DNA of 64,000 nt from contig NMRA01000306.1 of NCBI GenBank assembly GCA_002633005.1, forward strand, positions 50,201 through 114,200, written 5' to 3'. Of the stretch, positions 39,501 to 52,600 are shown piece by piece. Below the pieces are notes generated by a model, which searched no databases, was not told the DNA's origin, and saw only the letters and a list, made by a program, of their open reading frames with translations. The stretch comes from Phoronis australis (lineage: Eukaryota; Animalia; Phoronida). The stretch's first letter is position 1, and each line of letters begins with the position of its first letter. Both the position numbers and the translations under genes were made by a program.

Positions 39501-42500
39501 CCACGAAAATATATTACATTTTCCGAATTCACAGTGACTGAATAGTCTTAACTCATGCCTTGAAATGTTGCAAGTCGTTATAAATTCAAATGACTGCCAT
39601 TTTTGTGAAAATTGCATTTTTGATGGTGCCTTACGATTTGTAATTACTCTTAAACAACAGAAAGATTATCCATCATTTTTAAATGACCCAAGTCTTCATA
39701 TCTTCTATTAGAAGAAAAACGGTTCCCTCAACCTTAGGCTAGAAGTATGCTTGACAGACCCATGAACCTGTAATCTGAGTTTAAAATTGCTGAAAGTATC
39801 AAAATTAAAAAGGCTTGAAAATGGGTAACAAAGGTTTGAAGTTGTCTCAAAAAACTTGTATATTTTACAGACAAGTGATGCGTTTAAAGAATTGTTATGG
39901 CTAGGGATAAAAAATAAAGACACAGTTTTATGCAATACTCATTATATACACCCTTGGTTTCTGAAAATAGTAATTATTTACTTTTATGTGAAACTGTAGA
40001 CCAATCACCATATATTTTTGAAAAACAGGGATAACATTTTTGATCCAATCTGGAGTACTTAATTATTCATATTTCAATATTTGTTCCAGGTTCAGTGACA
40101 TTTTAAGGCCACTTCAAGCTGTATCATAGACAAGCTTTGTTACTCCGTTCTCTTCCCACAGCACTTCCACACACCAGCAGTGCTGCTTGGCACAATGTGC
40201 AAGTCAGTGGCCCTGGAGAAATGTGAATCGCAGTACTAAGTTACCATAAGACAATGTGCCAGTGGAGTGTCTGTGTATCCAGACGAACTATATCTGACTG
40301 CTACACAAATAAGCCTTGTTGGTGAGGATGCCCTTTCATAGGCAATGAGTCATGTGTGGACAATAGCTTATTTCCTTTCCTGGAAGAAACATGAGGGACT
40401 GAAGCTAAAGAAGACCTAGTCACACTCTGGTCTAGTTCAGAGTCTGATTTTGGGCTCAAAACGATTCAAGTGATATGCTGCTGTGTTTACCTTCAAGGGT
40501 CTAATTGTGGATGTTATTGAGGCTGAATGAGGTTACATGAAAGAAAGCCACGTGTTGAAACTGGACCTTTTTTACAAGCGCTTCTATAGGCCATTGAAAC
40601 TAGAACCCAGTGAAATGAAAGCCAAAAGCTGAGTGACATTAAATTTTCCTTTCAGAAGAAAGGCTTTATACTATTGGTAAAAACTTTTCAATTTGGTACA
40701 GATTATGGGGAAATGACATTCAGTGACTGCATCGATTGTCTTATTGTATGTTTTCAATTGTAGCTAGCTGCTATGCACAAGATTCGAGAATAAACAATTA
40801 TCAGTGTATTTAAAAACAAATGGCAAACTGAAAAAGCACAGAAAGAAACATTGCGAGGGAGTCCATAATCAGGCATATCAGGTGCTGAATTACTGAATTA
40901 CGTTCAATTCTCTCAGGTTATTGCTGAAGGATTGCTTTTCACTTTGTCCAACGGTGAAATAGATGGTCAGGCGGTTGGTTTCAGTTGTTTTTTCTTGCCT
41001 GTAACAGAATAGAAATATTAGCAAATTGTAAAAGAAAAGGCAAGACAAAACTACTTTTGTAAGGCAGAACATACTTGACATTTCATCTTCATGTTTATGT
41101 GTAGAAACTAATAACCTTTGTACCCAAGTCTTATTTAATAACTGCATAAAATATGTGAAACAGGCTAAAAGTGATTTAACAATGTGTATTTTTCATGACA
41201 CTTAAAATGTGCTTCTGATCTCAACAAGTAAAATTCATTCTTATCTAGGTGTCAATTTTTTTCCAATGCAATGTTACGACATTTACTGAATTAAGGCTTA
41301 TTCATGTTAATTCGATAACTGAGCTGGTGGTCCTGGGGGTGGGGTCCACGATAAAATAAGGAAACTCACTCATCTAGAGAATTTTATTGGAAACAGCATA
41401 GTTTTGAAGAGAAACTGCTGTGAAAAAGTCACTCTTGACTTCTGTGCATCACGTACCATACACCTCTTATTTTGGGAGCACTCCCACCCAGGACAATATG
41501 AATAGGCTGCTAGCCTACCTGGCATCGGGTGAGTTTCCAAAAAGAAACACTTAGTTCCACTCAATAAAACTGTTATTCAGTGGGGTAACTGGTGGGGATA
41601 ACATCACCGAACGATGTTGATAGAAACTGATTGCTAAAAACTTACCAAGTAATGTTGTGTAGTCTCCGAATGGAACCGCATAGTCATAGAGATAGTCATA
41701 GAGAGCACTCACGGGGCTTCAGCATCCACACACTTTTTGTCAGTTAGTTGACCCTGTTGACCGCAATTGTCCACGAATATAGTAACCTTAGGTCTTTTGG
41801 GAATTTGTGGCCACCTGTCGAAGACTTGCACCAGGGAAATTAGCAGTAATAAGGCTTAGCGCGACGACGTATTTTGATAAAAATTCCATCTTTTACCAGT
41901 TGTTTACATGCAGACAGCCACGCATGCGCAATTTAATCACCACTAGTACAGCAGCGACACCGCGAGGAGAATTCTCCGAATAGCCCCATTACATATTCTT
42001 CTTACAAATATTATTTTCGATTCCTCAAATGAATATAATTTGCAGAAAAATAATTGAGTGTGTGAAATTCCTTATGGACATTTAACTAAAGCCTTTTCTG
42101 AAAAACACAAAATTTTACGTTAAATAATATAAAATGTGATTAAAATTCCACATTTAGTACCTAATTCTTAATAACAAACTTTATAAAGAGTCAACTCATT
42201 AAGCCTGATTGTAGATTGTAAAATGTTTTTGTGTAAATGCTTCTCAGGTTACAAACAAAGTTTGCAGAATGCACATGCGATAAATTGGAGTGATTTGTGA
42301 GTTGGCGGCCATTTTGTCAGCCATCTTGATGTTTTTCTCTCCAATCAGTGACCATCTGTAAGGTCCAGATATTTATAATTGTCTAACTAACGAATGCATA
42401 GAAATTTTTGCATTTTAAGGGCAAAATATGAAAAGAAATTTTGCAACATGTACCAAATTGTCGTTTCGGCCGCCATTTTGTCGGTCATATTGATTTTATT

Positions 42501-42710
42501 TTGCGGAAAATTAGCATCTTTTGATTGGTATTCCTGTTATGAAAAGTATATAACCAATGACAAGCTTTACTGTGTTATTTCGAGCTGTTGCATAAGAGTA
42601 ACTTTTTTTCTGTTACCAAGGGATGTTTGAAGATGCCATTTATGCAAAAAACTTTTGTTTCAATTTTTTTTCTAGGTTGGGCCCTCTGGAGCCCTAGAAT
42701 GACTGGACTA
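33529..42710 (-). mobile_element. Decayed Academ (AcademX-type) DNA transposon
   Basis: TIR TAGTACAGTCATTCTACGG vs TAGTCCAGTCATTCTAGGG (17/19); 3-bp TSD CGC/CAC. - strand remnants: LGGFHTEMSFLG (~38100), FLKAE..DWELHL (~36180), HPDVY..F..G...IEQ (~36000), XPG-like HAIGGCNTT (~35000), C-terminal Cys-rich zinc finger (34444-34600). AAGATGGC motifs near both ends. Confidence 0.85.
38476..41987. mobile_element. Decayed ISL2EU (PIF/Harbinger-related) transposon nested in Academ
   Basis: AT|GGGGCTATTCGGA...TCCGAATAGCCCC|AT; + strand SAP-like exon (LRKKGASMRGSKHDLIQR, ~38600-38660) and YqaJ-like remnant (~40170-40610); - strand THAP remnant (YYC.FPWC...GGHKFPKD...W, ~41890-41650). Confidence 0.8.
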
Positions 42711-44639
42711 CACTGGCTGTAGTGCCTCTAAGCCACGACGTGACATGCAGATGATCGATCTCAAGGGATTTTAACGTTTTCTGATTTCAATTTGATTTCC
42801 TTACAGTTTCCTTTGGTAATCAAAGCAAACATTTGCTTTCATTTCCGCCTCATGGAAAAGAGAAGTGATACATTTATAATTCACTACAGTAAACGAAGAT
42901 GAGAGTTAAGCACAGAAATTGGTCATATTTGAAACTAAAGCATTTAAAAATTACGATAACATCCACGGACCAATTACATCACCCACCAGGGGTCTGCTTC
43001 AAGAAATATGGCTTACACTTCACAATTGTTGAATAAAGGATTATCCAATAATGATATGAAAATCACAGTTTAGAAATGATTTTTAAAAATGATCTTAGTA
43101 TTTAGCGTTTATTTGTATATTCTCAGACTTAGAATTTTGGTCAAGTGAGATCTGAATATTTTTCAGAAACAGTGTGGAGTGTATACTAAAAAATTTACTA
43201 ATATTTTACTTTTAATGAAACGGAGTCCTGTCCGTAATTTAGCTTGTGTAGTTACCGTCATAAAACTGGCCTCATCTTGCTTCCTACTCAGATTAGTAGG
43301 GATTTATGGGATCGAACTGGCGAATGTCAGTTCGTTTTGTTTGAGCCCTGGCTCCGTAAGTTGATTTGACTCGGCTCGACACTTTATACGCCAAACAGTG
43401 CCGCAAACGATAAGGAAAGAACTCGGTTTTAGGGAACACATTAGGGATGGTTTTATAACAGTGAGTGGTAGAAATCAAAACTTTTAGCAGACAATGGTTA
43501 AAACCATAGTGACTAAAAGTGGCACTTGAATACTAAAAGGCACCTGGGATCATATAGTGGTGAACCCATTTAATGCTCATGAAGGAAGACATTCCGCGGA
43601 TGCAAGTTGCTGTCGGCGCTTGTGTATGGTGACTTCCGCTCAATTGAGCTCTTAACTTAAAGCCGCTGAGAACCGCCTTCAATCACAAACATATTTATAC
43701 CACTTACCGCTGTGGAATTGATCTCAAACTTTCTTTAATCAAATTGGAGGGCTGCTTCGAAAGTTCTCTATTTCTTAAGACCAAGCTCATAAAATTGCGG
43801 TCATGGAGCTACCTGAAGTTTGAAGGCTGAAGAGGTAATCAAACTAGAATTTCTCGATCCCAGGGATGACGTCAAAGTTGAGTAAGGGACAAGGTAAGAG
43901 CAATATTATAACGGTAAGTTGCCTCGCTCAAAACGCGTTTGACACGTCACTGTCATCGAAAGTCGGCGACGTAGAACAGGTGTTGTGGCTTTAACTGTAC
44001 AAAACTAATTAACACCGATGAAAAACAAAGTACTCAAAATTTTTACTTGTTTTTATTTTGGGCAGTACGATTGAGACTACGGATAGTGGAAAGATTACTT
44101 CATATAAATGAATAACGCACAAAGAACAATTCATTTACACTTAAATAAATACTGGAGATAGTTTCGTCAGCATGATTTCGTACTAGAATCACAATTCGTC
44201 ACAAACGTGTTGTGAATGAACCTAGCTTTAAAAATATTAAGAACTAAGCAAAACCAAACCTACCTCCAGTGAAGGAGAAACCGTTTATCTCCACACAAAC
44301 TGCAATAATCCACTTAAGACGTCAGATACACTAAACACAACCACCTGCGATATTCACATGGTACGGACAACAAGACGTGAAATATCCGGCTGCAGGAACC
44401 TTGATCGACTGAGTATCCTGGAGCTCTGCAACTGTGCTGCTCCATTAACAAGTTCGTGTAAATATACTTAGCCGTGTTCATAATCTCATGACAATACTTA
44501 ATATAATCGAAACTCATTAAGACGTATTACCCGCCTAGAACGCAATACTTTGACCCCATGCCGCAAATGCGGAACGCTTTGGAGAAAAACATCGTCTCCA
44601 ACGTCGACATCGTCTTCCTGATCCAGATCACAGTAATCA

Positions 44640-45085
44640 TCGCCGTGCGTCATCGTCACAATCAACACCCCTGCCAGCTCTATCATCACCATCATTGTAA
44701 ATACATCCACGGCTTCCATTATTACCATTATTGCTTTCACTATCCTCACCTTCAATGTCACCACATGACAACCTTCGTCATCATCACCATCCTCACCATC
44801 ATCGTCATCACCCCCACCACCACCACCACTATCACCACCTCCTCCTCCACCATCACCACCACCACCACTATTACCCCCACCATCACCACCACCATCACCA
44901 CCTGCACCACCTCCTCCTCCACCATCATTATATCCACCACCACCAACTGCACTACCACCACCATCATTGCCACTATCTCTACCACCACCATCACCCACAG
45001 CAGTCATCGTTATCGTCGCCATCGCAAATTGATTTTTTTTCTCTCTTCTATAGCTCTGATCCTCATAATCATCACCATCGCTATC
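44640..45085. repeat. Degenerate (CAC/CAT/CCA)n trinucleotide repeat
   Basis: Low-complexity tract that produces overlapping poly-His/Thr/Gly/Val ORFs in several frames. Confidence 0.92.
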
Positions 45086-45519
45086 ACTTTTAAAACTTTC
45101 AATTTTGAAATCAGAAGTCGTTTTCGACATCATTTGATTACATATAATTGGAAAGCTGTTCTTGTTAACCTTTTATTCATGTTTGCAGAAACCAGTTATC
45201 CAGTTGTGCTTTAAAACCAGGCGTAATGAAGTGCGCTTATCTTCAACTGAAAATTACTAGCAATGTGTGCGGAGTGCATATCACCATCACCGTCGTCTCA
45301 CCATTATTACAACACACGGATCGCCCTTTCTTAGTTCATGCCACGTAAAAAAGCGGAAAGATATTAAGTACCCGTATTGTATAGATAATACAGCTGTCGA
45401 ATGTTCGGGCACTACCGAGGAAGGGATGCGCCCAAAATATGGCCTATTTCATCAACAGTATGGGTCCTATTTGTTTTATCTGTATAAATTTTGACTTTCA
45501 TAAATATGATTGCGGTAAC

Positions 45520-45583
45520 ATTCACACTCATAGGCAAACATTTACCTATTTTAATAGGTAAATGTTTGCCTATGAGTGTGAAT
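45520..45583. repeat. Perfect palindrome, 31-bp arms, 2-nt loop
   Basis: ATTCACACTCATAGGCAAACATTTACCTATT-tt-AATAGGTAAATGTTTGCCTATGAGTGTGAAT. Confidence 0.95.
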
Positions 45584-46653
45584 TAAAATGAATTAAAATT
45601 CATTTCATCCAATACTTACCAACATCCAGCACAACCTTCAACAAAAAGGTATTATAAAAAACCATGACGCAACGTGTGTCCCATTTGTCCGATTTCTGCG
45701 TTAGTTGTGCCCGTGAGACTGCTCCAAGTCAAGCCCCTCCCACAAGAGTACCGCGAACAAACCGCAATATACAACGTGTCAAGTAGATTTTGCGTGGAAA
45801 CTGCACACTATTAACACAATTTTATTTCAATCTTCTACTCGGCACGTATGATCACAACGAATTGATTTTCAATTACGGAACTGTGAGTTACCTGTGCCGG
45901 AAATGTCATTTAAATTTGCAATGGATAGATAAGTGTTTTTTTTTTAGAATGAACAGGGAAGGCAAAAAAGCTCCTGAGAACGCAGCGTCATTTTGAAGAC
46001 ATAACAGGGTTTTAGATGGACGGGAAAGTACGGGTGCCATAACATCCAAACATGTAAATGCGTGCCGACAGAGTGGTAAATCGCAACAATATGTGACAAT
46101 ACGCAAGTCAATTTCCCCCGTGTGTCTTAACGCGAGCCATTTCGATGATGAGGTGAGAGGTAGGACAAACCTTCCAAAAGCGGGATAGCCCCACCAAAAG
46201 CGACACCGTTGGCAAGTACACTAACGTTGAAACACCACTAACAGTCTAATAAATAAATCCCGACTTCCGCTGTCCTGCACAACGCAATATAGGTACGGTG
46301 TCCCAGAAATGTACCCACACATCAGTAGAACTCTGAGAGCTCAAAATTCTGTTCACGTACAAAGCAAAGAAACTGGAAACTCAAAAACCAATTAATCTTC
46401 CTCTCAAGTTAACAAACAGTGCAGTTATTTTGGTTTTAAAGATTTAATTCCTTTCTCAGGTTCACCTCTTAAACCAAAACAAAAATTGTTCCCGCCATGT
46501 GATCAAAGAACAGTTACTGTCACCTGAAGTGCGAGTACATTCTTGTGACACTCGGGAAGTTCAATAGACATATAACTCGCAGCTTACTCAGCACACTCAC
46601 CTCATGTCGCACACCTAAAATTATTTTGAAAATAATATTGTGTCTTTCATTTA

Positions 46654-48155
46654 CCGTAATCGTTCGGGTTAACGCCCATGCTCAGTTAACCGCCCACCCC
46701 CTACTTTAGGTGAATTTCGATTTAACCGCCCACTGCTCGGTTAACCGCCCCCCTGCTATTTTTGAAGATTTCCAATTAACCGCCCACTGCTCGGTTAACC
46801 GCCCATCCCCTACTTTTGCCGATTGGTGATTACCGCCCTGTGCTAATAGGAAACGCGAATCCCCGACCTTTTAGATTAAGATCGATGATAACATTGAGTG
46901 CAACGACGGCCTCAGAGACCGCGGTTTAGCAATGTGAATTATGATACCAGTAACAAATTATTGTAACGGGTCATCGATTAACTTCAAAATGTAATACTTG
47001 AACACTTTGTCACTTTCTTTTCTTCTCATGTTCGCAAACTTTAGGAACCGCGCTGGCGTCTACACCTCCACTTTCANNNNNNNNNNNNNNNNNNNNNNNN
47101 NNNNNNNNNNNNNNNNNNNNNNNNNNNNNNNNNNNNNNNNNNNNNNNNNNNNNNNNNNNNNNNNNNNNNNNNNNNNNNNNNNNNNNNNNNNNNNNNNNNN
47201 NNNNNNNNNNNNNNNNNNNNNNNNNNNNNNNNNNNNNNNNNNNNNNNNNNNNNNNNNNNNNNNNNNNNNNNNNNNNNNNNNNNNNNNNNNNNNNNNNNNN
47301 NNNNNNNNNNNNNNNNNNNNNNNNNNNNNNNNNNNNNNNNNNNNNNNNNNNNNNNNNNNNNNNNNNNNNNNNNNNNNNNNNNNNNNNNNNNNNNNNNNNN
47401 NNNNNNNNNNNNNNNNNNNNNNNNNNNNNNNNNNNNNNNNNNNNNNNNNNNNNNNNNNNNNNNNNNNNNNNNNNNNNNNNNNNNNNNNNNNNNNNNNNNN
47501 NNNNNNNNNNNNNNNNNNNNNNNNNNNNNNNNNNNNNNNNNNNNNNNNNNNNNNNNNNNNNNNNNNNNNNNNNNNNNNNNNNNNNNNNNNNNNNNNNNNN
47601 NNNNNNNNNNNNNNNNNNNNNNNNNNNNNNNNNNNNNNNNNNNNNNNNNNNNNNNNNNNNNNNNNNNNNNNNNNNNNNNNNNNNNNNNNNNNNNNNNNNN
47701 NNNNNNNNNNNNNNNNNNNNNNNNNNNNNNNNNNNNNNNNNNNNNNNNNNNNNNNNNNNNNNNNNNNNNNNNNNNNNNNNNNNNNNNNNNNNNNNNNNNN
47801 NNNNNNNNNNNNNNNNNNNNNNNNNNNNNNNNNNNNNNNNNNNNNNNNNNNNNNNNNNNNNNNNNNNNNNNNNNNNNNNNNNNNNNNNNNNNNNNNNNNN
47901 NNNNNNNNNNNNNNNNNNNNNNNNNNNNNNNNNNNNNNNNNNNNNGGCTTAGTACGTGTGGTGACTCAGATCATAAGGTAAGATTAACCGCCCAGGGCGG
48001 TTGCCTGTCGTAATAAGCGCCCATGTTCAGTTAACCACCCCCCCCCGATTTCTTGAAATTTCACGTTTAAGCGCCCATGTCTGGTTAACCGCCCACCCCC
48101 GATTTTTTGGGTTCGCCAATTTAACCGCCCAGGGCGTTAACCCGAACGATTACGG
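46654..48155. mobile_element. Tc1/mariner-pogo-type element spanning the assembly gap
   Basis: TA|CCGTAATCGTTCGGGTTAACGCCC...GGGCGTTAACCCGAACGATTACGG|TA, a perfect 24-bp TIR; TTAACCGCCC subterminal repeats. Confidence 0.85.
47077..47945. other. Assembly gap (N run)
   Basis: 869 consecutive N. Confidence 1.
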
Positions 48156-48354
48156 TATTTCACTGAGGCTACTTGGTGGGAATTTCTTGCCTTGCCCAAT
48201 TCGCAGGAGGCCAGTCTTACACTTCCGACAATATCAGCGCAAATCCAACAGTCCAGTGATAAATTCTAGTAACACACCTCTATAACCATGTTAATAAGAT
48301 CTAAACATTTATATATTCACCACTCAATCCATCCATTTGTATGTGTATGGGATA

Positions 48355-48561
48355 CACGCGCGCACCCAGCCTGGGGGGGGGGCTCGAGTTTTTGACGATG
48401 TTTACCTTTTACTAACAATAAACGGGGAACTAAAGAGAACGAGTTACTACGTCCAGAGCCATGAATTGTGCATTCGCGCCTTTTTAGTGGGCTTTTGTCT
48501 AGTTTTATCGTTTTTTTTCCTTTCTCTGAGGCGAACATTTTGGCCCCTGAGTGCGTGCATG
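48355..48561. mobile_element. MITE family B copy
   Basis: CACGCGCGCAC...GTGCGTGCATG with exact 5-bp TSD GGATA. Confidence 0.75.
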
Positions 48562-49601
48562 GGATATCTCATGTTGTAAATATGAGGTGAAACGTGTGTC
48601 CTGAATGAGGGTGTGTTGTCGCTCAAAGGAGTGTATGAGACATGACAATAACAAAATAACAATAGTAGGGCCAGCTACTGTAAGTACAGTGATAGTGAAG
48701 ATGTATTTATCTAAGCAAACAAACAAAAGCAAATTCTTAATTATTTGCATCATCTATTGGTCAAAGTATCAAAAAAATAATTAATCATTTGTATGTACAT
48801 AGATATAGACCAACTATCACAATCACACTAGTGAATCTAGGCTGGGGGGAGGGGAGGTAAAACAATTTTAGATAAAAAAATGTCTACCTAAGCTCAGAAA
48901 TGGAATGCTTGCAGCGTTTTTGATTTTTTGGGTTGGGAATTGGGTCTTAAATATGTCTATGTATAATAGAAAATCTTGTTATAAGCTATACTAATACATC
49001 TTTAGGACACAACCCTCTGAGACACTCAGTTTTTATCCGAAGAAAAACACACTTTGATAACTGACTTCAATTTTGAGATTTCTATTATGAAAACCGAGGT
49101 ATGTGCTGAACATGCAATAATTTTTAAGAATTGTTGGTGCAACCAACAAGCAAATAGTCTACTACGTTCAAAATGCCAGACTCAGGATGACAGTGCATAA
49201 AAATTTCGAACCGACAGTTTCTGATTCAATCTTGACATATTGACCCCAAATGCATTAGCTTTGCACTACTCAACAGACCATGAAACATTACATGATTACA
49301 CCCTGCCCGTCAGCATTATAGTACTTATTTGTATGCAGATATATACACTTGAATCTGTGAAGTGCACTTTTCAATGTGAAACAAAGTATTAAATACAATA
49401 AACTAAGTTGCATAAACAAAACAATTTAAAGTGTTTAAAAAATTGACAACCTCTCAACAGTGCAGTACAACGCAATCTTTGTATTTGTTGACATATATGA
49501 CATCGTCATCACTAGGTCGTTGTTCCATTGATGTCTATATTTTGTCAGGCATAGATCACAGTCCGGTATGGAACCTCCCTTCTCTATGAACCTCAAACAG
49601 T

Positions 49602-49656
49602 TCACGAGAAGAAATCTTCGTCGGATTGCTCTTGCGCTTTACGTCCTTTTTCGCGC
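49602..49656 (-). CDS. Probable terminal coding exon of the uncharacterised protein
   Basis: Strong acceptor ttctccgtcatttctag, phase 2; REKGRKAQEQSDEDFFS*. Short, so assignment is tentative. Confidence 0.55.
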
Positions 49657-52600
49657 CTAGAAATGACGGAGAATAAAATATGAGATGCCCACAAAACTGA
49701 TAAAAACAAATACAAAACAAAAAAAAATCAAAAGCCTCCACCGAGACTAGTTAAATTCTCCTTTTAATATTCAGAAACACCATGTATCTAATCTAATTTT
49801 TAATTCAACCCGGGAATTCATCTTGAGGTACAAGGAAAAGAGAAAAAACAAGTGCCCAAGTCTCTCAAGAGGCCCTGCCGAACACACAAACACATGCGCA
49901 AATACTGATACAAGCAGAATAAATCACAAGAGTAGAACCATTGAAAGTCTAATAAATAGTGGGGAACACTAAAAACGGAGATTGTATGTAAAACACTGCA
50001 CACAATCAAAACAATTAACACAGAATCTATTACCAAATACTAAGAATATTCATACAGTTTGTTACATCACGCTACTAAAATAGATATTGAACGTGTTCTT
50101 GGAAATGGTGGATTTGAGAGCATAAGGGGAATTGCTGCTCTCAGAAACAAGAGAAAATTTACAACTCAAGTACTCGAGAACCATGGAATGCAGTCACATC
50201 TGAACCAATTTAAAATTACAAAATTGTATTGGGAATGGCAACAATCCAAGACTAAAGATCAGGGACCAGTAAAGAAGGATCAACGTAACATGCTCCTAAT
50301 GAAGTACAGAGTGACCTCTTCTGTGAGCAATGGTAGATTCACTATAAGTCATATATATGGAAAGGTTGCATCAATATTGCACAGTTAGACCTTGTGCAAT
50401 ATGACAACATTAACTGCAGTTGAACAAGCAACTGTTAAAGCATTATGCCCTATTTAGCTGGTTAAAAAATTACATAGGATCTTTTACTCATTTTGGGCTT
50501 GGAAGGGGTAACTAGTCTGCATAGTGGCTTAGAATTTTGCAGATGGTTGTAAATCATGAGTGCCATTCATGCACAGCAGACAACTTCGTAGACAACAGCG
50601 TCACCTACTGTTTACTTCGATGTCCATTAACTACCGAAGCCGGTATGAACGGTTCAGCTAACATCGCGGTTTACGTCGACGCTCTCCTCAAACCGCAGTT
50701 AAGTCCTAGTGAACAATCGAGCCCAGAATGTCATGTAAAATTGGTCTCATAACATTCCTGTCGATGACAGGATTTTATTTCTTATACCAACAAGAACACC
50801 ACAACCATCACGAAAGCACTTGAGAGTTTATCCAGGTTAGTCAACCCTAACATTGTCAATTTGAAAATGGTGGGCGTTCCCATTGTGTGAGTAATGGGAA
50901 CAAAATCCTATCACATTAAAGAATGTTATTAGATCAAATATATGAAAGTAAAAGGCCCAATTCGATTTTTGTTGTTTAGTCACTAAACAACAAAACGGGG
51001 TGGAAGTGCAGCTTTAAGTTCATTTTAATTCATTTTCTGATAAAAGTAATAACCGCAGAGCAGCAAGCCATGCTTTTTCTCAATCCATAGGGAGGTTCTC
51101 ATAAATAGTGGTCCTTTTTACCAATAAAATTCTTTTTCTGACATGCAGTGTTCCTGGTCTCAGGCACTGAAGTTCTTTTCTCACCTCATGAACCACATTA
51201 GTACCCAACTGTGGCATAAAGACAGTTTTTTAGGCATCTGGGTAGTCATGCCTCCTGTCAGAGAGTGGAATGAATTGAGGTTGCTCATCAGAAAAAATTT
51301 TTGGTGAATGAAAAGAGAAACACAGCCAGTGAAAAAAGAATTGCATTCATGACAAAAGAAAAATTTGGTGAGAACTCTCTTGATTTCAGTTCAGAAGGGG
51401 GAATACAGGAATGGCCAACTCCTTGCCTACCAACTGCACTACAGTAGCAACAAGTCATCGATGGGTAAAGTTTAAACATTTAGAACAGGTTATTATTTAA
51501 AATGACTTATTCTTATTAAAATGACATAAACAATAAGTTGAATTTCGGGCCCCAAAAATGATCACACCACAGAGCACATGATACAGGCGGCCAGACGGCT
51601 AGACTCCTAACGTGTCCTGGCCTCTAATGGGACTGTAAGTCAAGGTTCTGCTGACCACAACAAATCTCCCTGGAAAGTTCAGTGGTATTATAAATCATTG
51701 ATGAATGTTAGAAGAGCAGTGGGAATTTCTTCAATGATGCAAGAGTGAAAAGCAAGGCATGAAAATTTTGAAAATACTAAATGTGCTACATACAGTCAAC
51801 TCATTAGTCAGCAGAGGATAGATTTGTTAAATTGCAGACGAAAGCACTAAACATGTGTAAATCCTGAGATAACATTAAATCAAAATTGCTGACAAGTACA
51901 CTGAAGATGTTCCATTAAGCAAAGCAAAGACTTAAAAATCAAGTAATCCCATAAAGCATGATTAAACCCGTCTTCCCTCGCATTTTTTTACTCAGACCAC
52001 ATACGGCTATGAAATCGGGTCTCAAATTGTTCCTTAGTCAAAATAATGTGATTTCTGGGCTTGGAAAAAAACCCAGTTTTTTATTGCTTGAAATCAGATT
52101 TTACAAGTTGACTTGTTGGGCTGTGTCGTTTTATTTGCCGCCCAGCAAAGTCTCAAGTAATTGTCATTTCTCTGCAAGACCACTTCTCATCAGTGAGGTC
52201 AACGAGTTGAGACTGATTTTAAAGCTATTGGTCTAAATAAACATTTAGAACCTTGGAGTGATTGAACGTTTCCATTTTTATAAATGAAATGACCATTTAA
52301 GATAAGCAAGTAGGAAATTAAATGATAGAAAGCAAATTGGTCTTTTCTTACACGATGATAGGAATTTAACTTAGTGAATCCAAAGTAACATTTAATTAAA
52401 TAAATTCTATTCCAAGAAAACATTAAGATTAGACACAAGTATAGGAAAGTCCATGATAGAAAGAAAAATTGAACACCTTTTACCAGACAATGATAGGAAC
52501 ACAGTATAATTCAGTGAATCCAAAGTAACAATTGAGAATAATTTCTATTCCACAAAACCATATAAATAATAATAAATAAACAATAAAGTTTTTATGACTA

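Noticed and set aside
44498-45214. His-, Thr- or Gly-rich ORFs of 120-218 aa
   Set aside because: Overlapping ORFs on both strands arise from a stop-free trinucleotide repeat.
46998-47981. 327-aa ORF
   Set aside because: Artefact of translating the N gap.
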